64,000 nucleotides of DNA, from contig CM075998.1 in assembly GCA_038087875.1 (NCBI GenBank), positions 4,156,001 through 4,220,000 on the forward strand. The letters are read 5' to 3'. The position numbers and the translations under genes are program-made. The first letter of the stretch is position 1, and each line of letters starts with the position of its first letter. The stretch is from Malacoraja senta. Lineage: Eukaryota. The notes beneath the pieces were generated by a model that saw nothing but the letters and a program-made list of their open reading frames with translations, made no database searches and was not told the DNA's origin. Shown one piece after another: positions 36,121-48,216 of this stretch.

Positions 36121-36596
36121 CAGCTAAGATCAACATTGAATCTGGGTCACAGGAGCTGTGAGGCAGCCGGTGTACCACTGTGCTGCCCCTGTCTTTTTAT
36201 CAATTTCGCTGAACAAATACTGGTCAGAAGATATCGGCCAGACCCCTTGGTCAAAAAACTGTAAAGGGAAAACATTAAACCATATGAAACAAATTGCATT
36301 GATATTTCAAATGGGTTTGCGGGGCAATATCATACAAAACCAAGATGCTTGCTCACCAACATGTTTTGCAGTTGCTGCTCACTATAGTGTACTTATTGAT
36401 TACGTGATACGAGAACTAAGGCAAGGAAGCGAGTATTAGGTCAGCTGAATACTGAGCCACAGCTATTTAGAAGTCTGAACTGCCTGTGCCTTTTGTACAT
36501 GTCTCAGTCTCACCACCCTTGAGCTCCAGGTGACACACTGAAGGTACTCAGTGTGCTTGCAAAGCAATTGCTTATTTTCCTGTTTCTCTTGATCAG

Positions 36597-36697
36597 GTGA
36601 TACTCGCTATTCTTTACTCGGTCAGCCTTTGCAGTACAACCTCCCAGTATGTCCACCTCCAGTAATCCATGGACAGTGCCAGTATTCAGCTCATCAG
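36597..36697 (+). CDS. R3HDM2: R3HDM2 coding exon: (G)DTRYSLLGQPLQYNLPVCPPPVIHGQCQYSAHQ
   Basis: gatcAG 36595-36596, donor GTatgg 36698. 101 nt, phase 1 to 0. RYSLLGQPLQYN family motif. Confidence 0.95.
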
Positions 36698-37316
36698 GTA
36701 TGGATTGAGAAAAGCGCATGAGGGAAGAGCTGTTCTCAACAACAACTTAGGGCTAATTTTGCTTTGATTCTGTGTTAACCGTGCGAGCTGTGTGAAAATA
36801 GAACAAATATTGTATATTGTTAAGAATATTTGCAGATGAATCTTTAAATATTTCCCAACAGTGTACAAGATTTGTTGGCGTGGTGAGTGGTTCTAAGGCC
36901 ACTGGCATTTGCACTGGGATCCCGGGGATGTGTCGATATTTGCACACAGAGTCCAAGGGACAGCCGTTGTTCCTCAATGTCTGCCATCGTTCTCCCACCT
37001 TCCTCCCATTGCCATTGAAACACCTCCCTGCATTTTCTAAGTCTCTCTGAAAGAAATGCCGTTTCATAAACTGTTATATAGATCATTTGTAATATGTTAA
37101 TATATAAAACCTATTTGCATGTTCTCTATTTCACTTATTTGTAGTATTTCTATCCTGGCTATGTTTTCTGTTCATTGGTTGGATTCGCTAACCTGCAGCA
37201 GACTATTAGTTAATCTGGAACCCTTTGACTCGATTATATGCCAGTTCATTGTATTTCTTGCTTTAAGTATAATGCTCCATATAAACAGACTCCATTGATG
37301 TATTTCTATTTTAAAG

Positions 37317-37401
37317 GGCCCATGCAGTACAAAACACACTAAACGAGGAAAGAAGCCAACCCTGAAATCTGCATCTACCGATCTTGGCACAGGTGATGTT
37401 G
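37317..37401 (+). CDS. R3HDM2: R3HDM2 coding exon: GPCSTKHTKRGKKPTLKSASTDLGTGDV(V)
   Basis: ttttaaAG 37315-37316, donor GTtagt 37402. 85 nt, phase 0 to 1. LKSASTDLGT motif. Confidence 0.94.
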
Positions 37402-38739
37402 GTTAGTATCTGAACCATCACAGAAATTATGTCAATACTTTGTCTTCTCTTCAGAGTTTGCACTGCCGGGGAATGAGATTTATTAAAGGTGGAATCACGA
37501 TTCATGTACTGCCTGCTGTTAATTTGTTGCTGTACCAACTTTCAATTATCCAATAATTTCAATTAAGCAATGCAAATAATACAGCAGATTGGGACTTCAA
37601 GCACAAATACTTGTCTTATTGGATAATTTGAATGAAGACATTTAATTAAGAGGAAATTGGACAGATTGCAATGTGGGATTTACCAGAATAATACGTGTTC
37701 TCCATGCGTTCAATTATAAAGGGAGATTACATTTCCCTGGAATTTAGAAGATTGAGCTCATTTGCTTCATGTTTAATTGAGGAGAACACCAAAGGAACTT
37801 TGGTTTAAGGAGAGAGAAAAATATGTCTGCTAAAATAATCTGCTGGAGGAACTCAGCGGGTCAGGCGGCATCTGTGGAGGGAAAGCTGCCTGACCGCTGA
37901 GTTCCTCAGCACTTTCTTTTTTTTAACCCCAGATTCCAGCATCTTGTGTCTCTGACTATTTCTGCTGGCTGGGGAGTCTGACGCAAGAGACCACAGATTA
38001 ACAATTAGAACAGGCTCTTCGGGAATGAAGCCAGGAAATCAGAAATAATCTTTATGAAGTGGCAGTTTATTTTGGGTCAGTTATAGATTGTTCTTAGGCA
38101 CTCCCCTCAGGGTTGAGAGAGGGTCATTTGCTTCCACTCCTGTCCTGTGGACTCTGGGATGACTGATGGAGCCAATGTGGACCCTGAAGACACTGAGAGA
38201 TGGTTTTCAGAGGAGGTGGATAGTTTGAGAGGTGGTGTTCTCCTTCCACTACATACACAGGGTGGCTGTGTGCTCCCGATTCATGGGCTGATTGCCGCGT
38301 CTCCCTTTTCAATGGTCATGGGTCAGGGATGCCTTGGAGTCAATGGGTCGTTGTACCTTTTCAAGGAAGCTATGAGGACAACCTTGAATCTATCGACCTG
38401 CCATGAAAGAGCTTGAAAAAGAGTGTCTGCCGATTGGAGCCGACCTCATGCATTCATGGCTCGAATGTGGGGATGGACCCTGAGAGGAGACCGTGACGTC
38501 CTCACTCAGCCACCTGGTCGAAGAAATACTCCCCAGCCCCCATTCGTGTAGATCCCATTCATCTCGAGGCACAGTGGATATGATCTTCACTACACATCAA
38601 CACCGAGAGATGCAAGGAGCAGTACCAATAGCTAAGCATGACTTGATTTGACCACTAAAGCTTTCGACTTCTTTGTTTGAGAGGCATAATGGAGCATCCT
38701 ACTCAAATTTGGCTGTCCATGGAAATCTATCTTCACCGT

Positions 38740-39030
38740 ACAAGAATAAGGGGTAAGCCATTGAGAACGGAGATGAGGAAACACTTTTTCTCACCGAGAG
38801 TTGTGAGTCTGTGGAATTCTCTGCCTCAGAGGGCGGTGGAGGCGGGTTCTCTGGATGCTTTCAAGAGAGAGCTAGATAGGGCTCTTAAAGATAGCGGAGT
38901 CAGGGGATATGGGGAGAAGGCAGGAACGGGGTACTGATTGGGGATGATCAGCCATGATCACATTGAATGGCGGTGCTGGCTCAAAGGGCCGAATGGCCTA
39001 CTCCTGCACCTATTGTCTATTTGTCTATTT
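38740..39030 (+). mobile_element. CR1 3' end
   Basis: FFSPRVVSLWNSLPQ motif and tail. Confidence 0.85.
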
Positions 39031-39420
39031 GCTTCAGGATGCCAACGCTCTAACCAAGGGGCCCATGCAAGAGCGCAAGGAAACACACTCTAGAAAACAT
39101 AGACCGCTCCTCATATCTCTAGTCATCAGTGCACTAGCAGAGCCTCTGATCGAGTCAGGAAAAGGGTATTTAAAGATCAGCCCCTCAGACTATGCTCAAA
39201 TCTCATGGCGGATCTACCAGGCAGCAGTGATCCCTCCCCTCCTACAGGCTTCTGAGATATCAAATACTCATATAATACATCTCAAGCCATTGGAGAGATA
39301 CCAATGACACCATCTCTGCAAAATCCTTCAAATCCCCAGGCAGAATAAGTGAACCATCGTACATAGCTGCTCGTTGGATATGGACAGACCTGTGTTAATC
39401 AAAGCCAGAAGAGGGCAAAG
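39030..39420 (+). mobile_element. Degenerate RTE-like LINE fragment
   Basis: IYQAAVIPPLLQASE..HLKPLERY..L.KILQI resembles the RTE post-RT motif. Confidence 0.5.
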
Positions 39421-42188
39421 ACAAGTATACAGAGTTTGGTCACTTATCACCCATGCTCGCACTGAGTAGTAGAATAGCCTTCAGAGCCTAAATGGCCAAC
39501 ACTCCTGTCTCTGAGACTGTAGAAATTATTATTATTATGTCAATTGTATGTAGAAAATAATGACTTTTGGGTAAGGATTTGAGAAAGTGGACAATAGAAA
39601 AGGCTTGCTGCCCACTTTAAAGCTCACCCTCTAATGTGGCGCTCACCAAACACATTTTATTATTTTGCCTGATATTATTTATCACCATTTCAGTAAAGCT
39701 TTTTAAAAATTGTCTAAAGTTTATCCAATGGCATGATCTTAGAATGCTTTGGCTTCACCTCACCTCCGCCAGTTACTGTACCTTTCTTCTTAACTTCTAC
39801 CTTCTGTGATCGACCTCACTGTCCAAGTGCTCCCGGTGAGGCCTACAGTGTATTATGAAGCCTCACTATAACCTTTGGAAACACAGGCCCCACTGCCTGA
39901 ATACAGGCCCCAGCACTCTGCTTGTTTTAAGTTGCTTCTTCCTACTTCTCAACATTGATCGAGTTTTCCCAGTTGCCGCTCCCAGGTCCTTAGTTTCCTC
40001 GTGTTGAACCCGTCCTTTGTTGTTTTGTGCGTTTTCTCCCAAAACTCTTTTACATTCAACAGTCCGTATTGGTTGCATAACCAATCTAAGCCGTTCAGCA
40101 ATTAACTCCATCCCTCCATTACTCTCCCTATTTTATTTCAAATGTAACAAGCTTACACTTTGTTCCTTTATGTGCGTTTAAGTGACAGAAGCATAAGTAC
40201 TGTGATACCCTTACTACTTTGCAATGTGACACCTCCCATGCATACTCTTAAGCCTAGATATTCGAATTGATATTTTATCATCAGCAGTAACCCACTTAAA
40301 ATAAATGGTTTACCAATATCAGTTGCATTTTGCCAGCTGTATGCAGTGGAATTTAAATTTGACTGGTTTTATAGGGGTACTTTAAAGAGTACACACATAA
40401 GCTTGCCCTTCTCATATGCTTGCTGATTATAGGTAGCACCCTCCTCCCTCCCCCCACACTTACTACACACTATTGTTAATGTTTTGCTGACAATTAAATT
40501 AAAATTCTACTTGTCAATGAATTGTCAAGCCAAATAATCCATTGTTTAAATTATTCCCAAACACTTTGCTACATGTCTGATCCAAAATTGAAAGTGTAAG
40601 TGGTTGGAATGCATTTATTAGTGAGAGGGTTAGGGTCTACTTCCTCTGAGGATCTTCATTTTATAAACTTAAAAGCAAATAATGCTGGTCATTTTTTTAT
40701 AATCAACTGAATAATGTTTATTTCAGTGACCACATGAGTATTTGCTTCCCGAACAAAAGTCAAAACTGCCGGAAACACTCAACAGGCCAAATAATGTCTG
40801 ACCTACTGAGTAAGTTCATAAGTGATAGGAGCAGAATTAGGCCATTTGGCCCATCAAGTCTACTCCGCCATTCAATCATGGCTGATCTATCTTACCTCTC
40901 AACCCCATTCTCCTGCCTTCTCCCCATAACCCCTGGACACCGTTTTAGTCAAGAATCTGTCGATCTCCATATTAAAAATATCCATTGACTTGGCCTCCAC
41001 AGCCTTCTTGTGGCAATGAATTCCACAGATTCACCACCCTCTGACTAAAGAATTCCTCCTCATCTCCTTCCTAGTTCCAGTATTTGGTGGGTTTTTTTTT
41101 ATTTTAAAGCCCCACCAAGTCCTTACTAACTTTCCAAAACAATTGCAGAGAGCTACTTCTCTGTGGAGCTGGTTTAACTATTATTATTTTTACCCATTAA
41201 TCATAAGCCAGTGGTAAGCCGCTAGTTTGTAGTTCTCTGTAAATTGATTGCTGTTTTACATGAGTGTTTTTTTGCAGGGTCTCTCTAGCAACCAATGTTT
41301 CCATGATGGAGAAAGTGCCTTGTAAATTTGCCACTGCTCTCCCCCCATCTGCACACTCGATACGCTATCGGGCTCGAGGATCTATCTAGTCCTAAATCCC
41401 TTTATACTTCCATGTAATACCTTGCTGGGGCTTGCTTGCCAATAAACCTCTTTGGTAACAAATCCTTCCAATTCAGTAAATAATAATTCATGCAGCCAGC
41501 AATGACCTTTGGAACGCTCAGTGCCTTTGCGGAGACAAAGTTTTGCTCACTATTTCACCCCCCAGTAGAATGAAGTTGCTTCTGTCACAATGTACTGATA
41601 ATCATACGTTTCATTGTGAGATTCTGCACACTGAAATTATGAATTAAAGGGCAATTATGAAGCATCAGCGTGTTTGAATAAACATATCTGTTATTGGACG
41701 GTCAGAGTTAGGAAGGCAGGGGCTTATATGTAAGCTTCAGAACATTTTTTTAAATATATAGATTTTTGGGGACCTGGTAGGACCGGCATTTCTTGCTACT
41801 CCCAATCGCCCCTTGAGAAGGTGGTGGAAAGCCATCTTCTCGGTGATGGCGTTGTCAGGGAGGCAGTTCCAGCATTTCGACCCAGAGACAGGGAGGGAGC
41901 GGTGTTTAAAAATCAGGATGGTGTGTGACCAGGAAGGGAACCTACACTTCGGGATATTCCCATGTGCTGCTGCATGTCCTGGTGGTAGAAGTTGCAGGTT
42001 TGTGAGATGCATTTAGACTCGGGGCAGCACAGTGAGTGCAAGAATCTGCTCACTAATATTTTCTAGCCCAGCAACGAAGAATCAAGCTACTCATTGTTTA
42101 AATTATTCCCAAATCCTTTGCTGGATGACAATCCAAAGTTGAAAGTGTAAGAGGTTGGATGCATTTATTAGTGATGGAGTTAGGGTCT

Positions 42189-42598
42189 CCTCCCCCTCGA
42201 CTCCCCCTAGTCTAAAGAAGGGTCTCGACCCAAAACGTCACCCCATTCCTTCTCTCCAGAGATGCTGCTTGTCCAGCTTTGAAACTTCCTCCTCTGGCAG
42301 CTTGTTCCATACACCCACCACCCTTTGCGTGAAAAAGTTACCCCTTAGGTTCCTATTAAATCTTTCCTCCCTCACCTTAAACCTATGTCCTCTGGTCCTC
42401 GATTCCCCTACTCTGGGCAAGAGACCGTGCTTCTACCGAACTATTCCTCTCATAATTGTGTACACCTCTATAAGATCACCCCTCATCCTCCTGCGCTCCA
42501 AGAATAGAGTCCTAGTCTCGACCCCAAAACGTCACCTATTCCTTTTCTCTAGCGATGCTGCCTGTCCCGCTGAGTTACTCCAGCATTTTGTGTCTCTC
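42189..42598. mobile_element. Composite pLTR/CR1/pLTR insertion
   Basis: TSD tagggtct 42181-42188 / 42599-42606. Confidence 0.75.
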
Positions 42599-42832
42599 TA
42601 GGGTCTACTTCACCTGATGTTCTTAATTTTATAAACTTAAATGCAATAATGCTGGTCATATTAAAAAAAACTGAGTAATGTTTATTTCCAATCACCTCAC
42701 GAGTATTTGCTTCCCGAACAAAAGTAAAAACTGCTGGAAACACTCAACAAGCCAGGCAGCATCTGTGGAGAGATAAATGGTCAAAGTTTCAGCCCTAACA
42801 GTACCTCAGAACTGGGATAGAGAGAAGTAATG

Positions 42833-43353
42833 TGTGTAGGAAGGAACTGCAGATGCTAGTTTACATCAAAGATAGACACCAAACGCTGGAGTAACTCAGC
42901 AGGTCAAGCAATATCGCTAGAGAAAAGGAATAGGTGACGTTTTGGGTCGAGACTAGGCCTCTATTCCTTGGAGCGCAGGAGGATGAGGGATGATTTTATA
43001 GAGGTGTACAAATTATGAGAGGAATAGATCAGGCAGAGTCTCTTGCCAGAGTAGGGGAATCGAGGGCCAGAGGACATAGGTTTAAGGTGAGGGAGGAAAG
43101 ATTTAATAGGAACCTGAGCGGGTAACTTTTTCACACAAAGGGTGGTGAGTGTATGGAATGAGCTGCCGGAGGAGGTTGTTGAGGAAGGGACTATCGCAAC
43201 CTTTCAAAAAATATTTTGATAGGTACATGGATAGGACCGGTTTGAAGGGATATGGGCCAATTGCCAGCAGGTGGGTCTAGTGTAGCTGGGACATGTTAGT
43301 CAGTGTGGGCTAGTTGGGCCGAAGGGCCTGTTTCCACACTAAGACTGTATGAC
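42833..43353. mobile_element. pLTR fused to a CR1 3' end
   Basis: pLTR (minus) to about 42952, then CR1 (plus) RRRMR.D.IEVY..RGHRFKV.. to the tail. Confidence 0.8.
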
Positions 43354-45394
43354 TAATCATTGACATCAGCTCAAGGCCAGCTCTCCCACCACGTGATGAC
43401 TGTGTCTTTGTGAGGTACATACAAGTATTTTTGTAGTTGTTCCTTCCCTGCTGCTGGCCTTTCTTGAGCTTTGTGAGGAAGGCAATTTTGCCTTCATCTC
43501 CAGGTGAGTTTCAAGGAATTGCTGCATTTATGCCGTTAGAACAAACTCCGTTCAGTGCCGAAAGTTTGAAATGGAACTGATTGATCCAACTGACTATTCC
43601 TTTTTCTCTTTTTTCTCTCCAATTTTCCTTTCTACTTTCTTTTTACAATTTGATAATTTTTGGAATGTTTTAAATAAAGAAGATGAATAGATGACTACTT
43701 ACAGAATTACCAAGAAAGTTTTTTTATCATCGGAGTACCAGGAACCTTGCCTCAGTATTTATTTTACAAATTCCGAGCTGTTAAAACAATCGTTTGGGGT
43801 TAACAACATTTATCGTGCTACTTTGGCACAATACATGTCTTTGTGGAAAATGGCCGAATGAGGAGGAATGTTCGCTTGTCATATGTGAGGTTATCCTCAT
43901 CCTTGAGGTTTGATTCAGGACCAGATGGAGGTAGATGGTATGAAATCGGGGCCTCGGGGATTGCTAGGTTGGAGAAAAGGGTTTAGTTTAACTTTGCGTG
44001 GAAACAGGCCCTTCAGCCCACTGAGTCCGCGCCGACCATCGATCACCCGTACACAGTTCTACGTCATCCCATGTTCGCATCCTACACACTTGGGGCAATT
44101 CACAGAAGCCAATTAACCTACAAACCTGCACATCTTTGGAATGTGGGAGGAAAACTGGAGCATCTGAAGAAAACCCACGCGGTCACGGGGAGAAGTACAA
44201 ACTCCTCCTCAGTGAATGGAAGAACGGGAGAAATGAACTGGAGTTTCTGCTGGTTTAAGAGATATTTGGATAGGCACATGGATATGCAGGGAATGGATCA
44301 CGTGCAGGCAGAGATTAGTTTAAATTGACATCATGTTTGGCACAGACATTGTGGGCCGAAGGGCCTGTTCCTGTGCTGTACTGTTCTACCTTCTGATCAC
44401 TGCCCAGTGGATTAGAGAGAGGGGAAATCAGCTTGTAGAAGACCCCAGTGAATAAACGGTCACGTGTGGGACTTGCCTTACTTGGGTTTTGCCTGGCGCT
44501 GGACTGTGAAGACCTGGTTTTCCGGGAATGCCGTATAATGGTGACCCCATCCATAATGCTTCGAAAGTTACAGGGAATGGCATCTTTCGTTGCCTCCCTG
44601 ACGCTAAAGTCACAACTGCCTGGTTGAACCTCCAGACCAATGTAAAACGATCCAGATATGGTCACTCGTGGATCAAAGGCACTGAAATAAACATCCAATC
44701 TCACCTCTGGGCAAAGGGTTTTGTTCTCATGAGAATCAATGTTCGAACTCAAATAATCCCTGCCATCAATTTAATGTTGAAAGAAATGTCAGTGTCAATA
44801 TATAGATGAATAATTGTGGATTGTAAAGGGAAAGTCAGTCGCACTATGTGCATACATGTTAATTCTATATATGTCCCAGCAGTACCCCAGTCTACCAAGA
44901 TCTTATTGGGATATGTATTTTTTAAGCCTATTGTATACGAGTTCATGCTCTATATTAATGTTGCACGATGGGAAAGAAGTCTCAGGCTCTCTTTAGATTT
45001 ATTACCACAGGTACAGTGAAAAACTTTGTTGCATGCTATTCAGTCAGATCAGATAATACTACACATAAATACAATCAAGTCAAACTCCAGTACAATCGGT
45101 AGAGCAATGGGGAGATAGAGTGCAGAATATAGTTCTCAGCATGGTAGCGCATCAGTTCCATAGACCAAGTCCAATGTCCGTAATGGGTAGAGGTGAATCG
45201 GACTATACCCTGGTTTATAGAAGGACCTTCAGAATTCTGATAACAGAGGGGAAGTAGCTGTTCCTGAGCCTGATGGTGCACACTTTCAAGCTTCTGTACC
45301 TTTTGTCCGACAGGAGCAGAGAGAAGAAGGAATTCCGTGGTGAGACATGTCTTTGATTATGTTGGCTGCATCTGCTGAAGTTTGTAAGAATCGT

Positions 45395-46670
45395 TGGAGC
45401 CACACAGATGCGACAGCCACGAGGGCACACCAATGCCGCTACTTCATGAGGAGATTGAGGAAATCTGGCATGTCTCCATGACACTTCCAATTTCTGCAGA
45501 TGCACCATGGAAAGCATACCGCCGGGATGCATCGCAGCTTGGTTTGGGAACAGCTCTGCCCAAGACCACAAGAAATTGCAGATTCATAGATGTAGCCCAA
45601 TCCATCACACAGGCCACACTCCCCACCATTGTAGATGTGGCCCAGTCCATCACACAGACCACACTCCCCACCATTGTAGATGTGGCCCAGACCATCACAC
45701 AGACCACACTCCCCACCATTGTATATGTGGCCCAGTCCATCACACAGACCACACTCCCCACCATTGTAGATGTAGCCCAGACCATCACACAGACCACACT
45801 CCCCACCTTTGTAGATGTGGCCCAGTCCATCACACAGACCACACTCCCCACCGTTGTAGATGTGGCCCAGTCCATCACACAGACCACACTCCCCACCATT
45901 GTAGATGTAGCCCAGACCATCACACAGACCACACTCCCCACCATTGTAGATGTAGCCCAGACCATCACACAGACCACACTCCCCACCATTGTAGATGTGG
46001 CCCAGTCCATCACACAGGCCACACTCCCCACCATTGTAGATGTAGCCCAGACCATCACACAGACCACACTCCCCACCATTGTAGATGTGGCCCAGACCAT
46101 CACACAGACCACACTCCCCACCATTGTAGATGTAGCCCAGACCATCACACAGTCCACACTCCCACCATTGACCCCATCTACTATTCACGCTGCCTCAGAA
46201 AAGCAGCCAACATACTCAAAGACTCGTCCCACCCCATCCATTCCTTCTATGCTCCTGTAGGGCAAAAGGTAAAACCACACACAACCAGACTCAGGAACAG
46301 CTTCTTCCCCTCTGTTATCCGGCTTCTGAAGGTCCTTTCATAAGCTAGGCTACTGTTCGATTCACTGTAGGTGGCAGTGATGTGAACCTAGTTTAATATA
46401 CTGATGAACGATGACTAAATGACATTTTTGTGCCTTCGAGCCACTTAGCATGTTTCTCTTTTAATTTCGATTCACTTCTACCCATTGAGGACATTGGACT
46501 TTGTTTAAGGAACTGATGGGGCTACCATGCTGAGAACTATATTCTGCACTCTGCATCTTCCCCTTTGCTCTTTGTTTGAACTGAATGTATCTATGTATGG
46601 TATCTGATCTGTTTGGATAGCATGCCAAATAAAGCTTTTCAATGTACCTTGGTACACGTGACGATAATAA
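45395..46670 (+). mobile_element. Rex1/Babar-like LINE 3' fragment containing a minisatellite and a captured host segment
   Basis: ESIPPGCIAAWFGN..KKLQ and YYSRCLRKAANILKDSSHP..RLRNSFFPSVIRLL. An inverted copy lies at about 45010-45370. Confidence 0.8.
45586..46169. repeat. Minisatellite, 45-bp unit x13
   Basis: Unit gtagatgt(g/a)gcccag(t/a)ccatcacacag(a/g)ccacactccccaccatt. Confidence 0.97.
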
Positions 46671-47394
46671 ACCTCAACATGTCGAACTTCCTCCGTCTCC
46701 TAAGTGTTGGTGTGCCTTCTGTGGCTAGTCCACGACAGATATGAATTAATATTACTTCTTAAAATGTGGTTCAATTGTCAATGTTGAGGATTCCAGGAGA
46801 CAATGAACAGTGAGGTTATCATGGGATTGCATCAAGAGCTGTCAGTTTTGAAATGATGCTACTGAAGGCTGTTTTGCACACAGTTTGCAACTTACCCGGA
46901 TTACAAAGGAACCTCACTTATTTGGCACGGTATTTTGCCCCTGCACAAAAGATTTGCCGCCATTCTGGAGTTGCGTACCTTCCCACCCGAAAGGAAATGC
47001 TGGCAGCAATGATGAGCAAACTCCACTTTTTGACTGTGCATTTGGAGATACTGGCTGCAGAGATCTGTGATATTTGCAAATTGGAAGGTGGGGGGTGGGG
47101 GGGGGGGGGGGACAGCTCCGACTTGTAAAGTGAGATTTGGTGAGAGTACCCATTGTGCTCGAAAGCACTCACCAAATTCACAGGGCCGTGTCCACAAATG
47201 ATTTTACATAGAACACTGTTGCTGAAGTCTCATGTGTGATCTTGCTCACCGTCAATAGATTAAATTGTTTTAAAACTGAGCCCAGCTGTAGGTGGCAGGT
47301 ATGTGAACCTGGTATAATATACTGATGAACGATGACTACTTGACATTTCTGTGCCTTGGAGACACTTAGCATGTTTCTCTTCTTTTCATTGCAG

Positions 47395-47735
47395 TTGTCG
47401 GCCGAATCTTAGAGGTAACAGATCTCCCTGAGGGAATCACTCGCACTGAAGCAGACAAACTTTTCAGTCAACTTTCAATGTCTGGTGCCAAAATCCAGTG
47501 GCTCAAAGACTCTCAGCAGCGCAGCAGTGGCTCTGGGGACTGTAACAGAGCAACAGAGAACTCAAAGAATGCTGGGGACCTAGCTGCACTTTATACGATT
47601 GTTGCCGTGTTCCCTTCGACCATGGCAGCCCAAAATGCAACTGTCAGACTGAATAATTCAACAAACAGGTTTAAACTGCGAACAGCCAAGAGAAGCTATG
47701 ATCTTCGCATTCTAGAAAGAGCCAGTTCCCAGTAG
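47395..47735 (+). CDS. R3HDM2: R3HDM2 terminal coding exon: (V)VGRILEVTDLPEGITRTEADKLFSQLSMSGAKIQWLKD...YTIVAVFPS...FKLRTAKRSYDLRILERASSQ*
   Basis: ttgcAG 47393-47394, phase 1, stop TAG 47733-47735. The C-terminus YDLRILERASSQ matches recalled R3HDM2. Confidence 0.97.
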
Positions 47736-48216
47736 CCAATGGATATTTGAAAATTCCTTTTTCTTCTCTCCTTTGAATGACTGTATTGGCTTTGTTTTAA
47801 GTCAGCGTTGTTCCTGTAGTGCATTGTTTTGTCCAAATATCACTTTAGACATAATTAAGGAAAGTTAGTGATCAGTTGGAAACAAAAGTTTGTTTTTTCC
47901 CTTAACTTCCATTTTACACGCCCACACAACCCATGTGTATTTTTTCTGTTGTGCAAACGTATTAGAAGAGCTTATTTAAGTGACACAAACAGTTGACTGT
48001 GTACGGTCACGACAAATTTTATTTAACCTGTTTTTTTGATTTTAATTATAAAAGTTGGTCTGCCAGTCCAGACTCTCAATATCTTCTTTGTTTTAAGCTG
48101 TCTTTTATTTGCAAGGTGACACGACTTACTCCCTTGTATGTAACGTGTATGAATTATATACAATGCCTTCAATGAGAAACACTTGAAGGCACTTCATAAA
48201 AACAAGGGGCAATAAA
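47736..48216 (+). other. Probable R3HDM2 3' UTR with poly(A) signal AATAAA at 48211-48216
   Basis: U-rich, repeat-free stretch after the stop, ending in the first AATAAA I found. The true transcript end is unknown. Confidence 0.55.

Noticed and set aside
35645..36178. His/Thr and Cys/Val ORFs (also 55187-55877)
   Set aside because: Translations of (CA)n and (TG)n microsatellites.
44315..44809. 145-aa and 93-aa ORFs in unique-looking sequence
   Set aside because: No recognisable homology or convincing splice structure.
45394..46343. 237-288 aa repeat ORFs as a novel protein gene, or the array as CRISPR
   Set aside because: Head-to-tail 45-bp units without unique spacers, derived from a LINE segment, in a vertebrate intron.
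47300..47375. C/D snoRNA in the duplicated intron segment (ctgatga)
   Set aside because: No properly placed terminal D box or closing stem.
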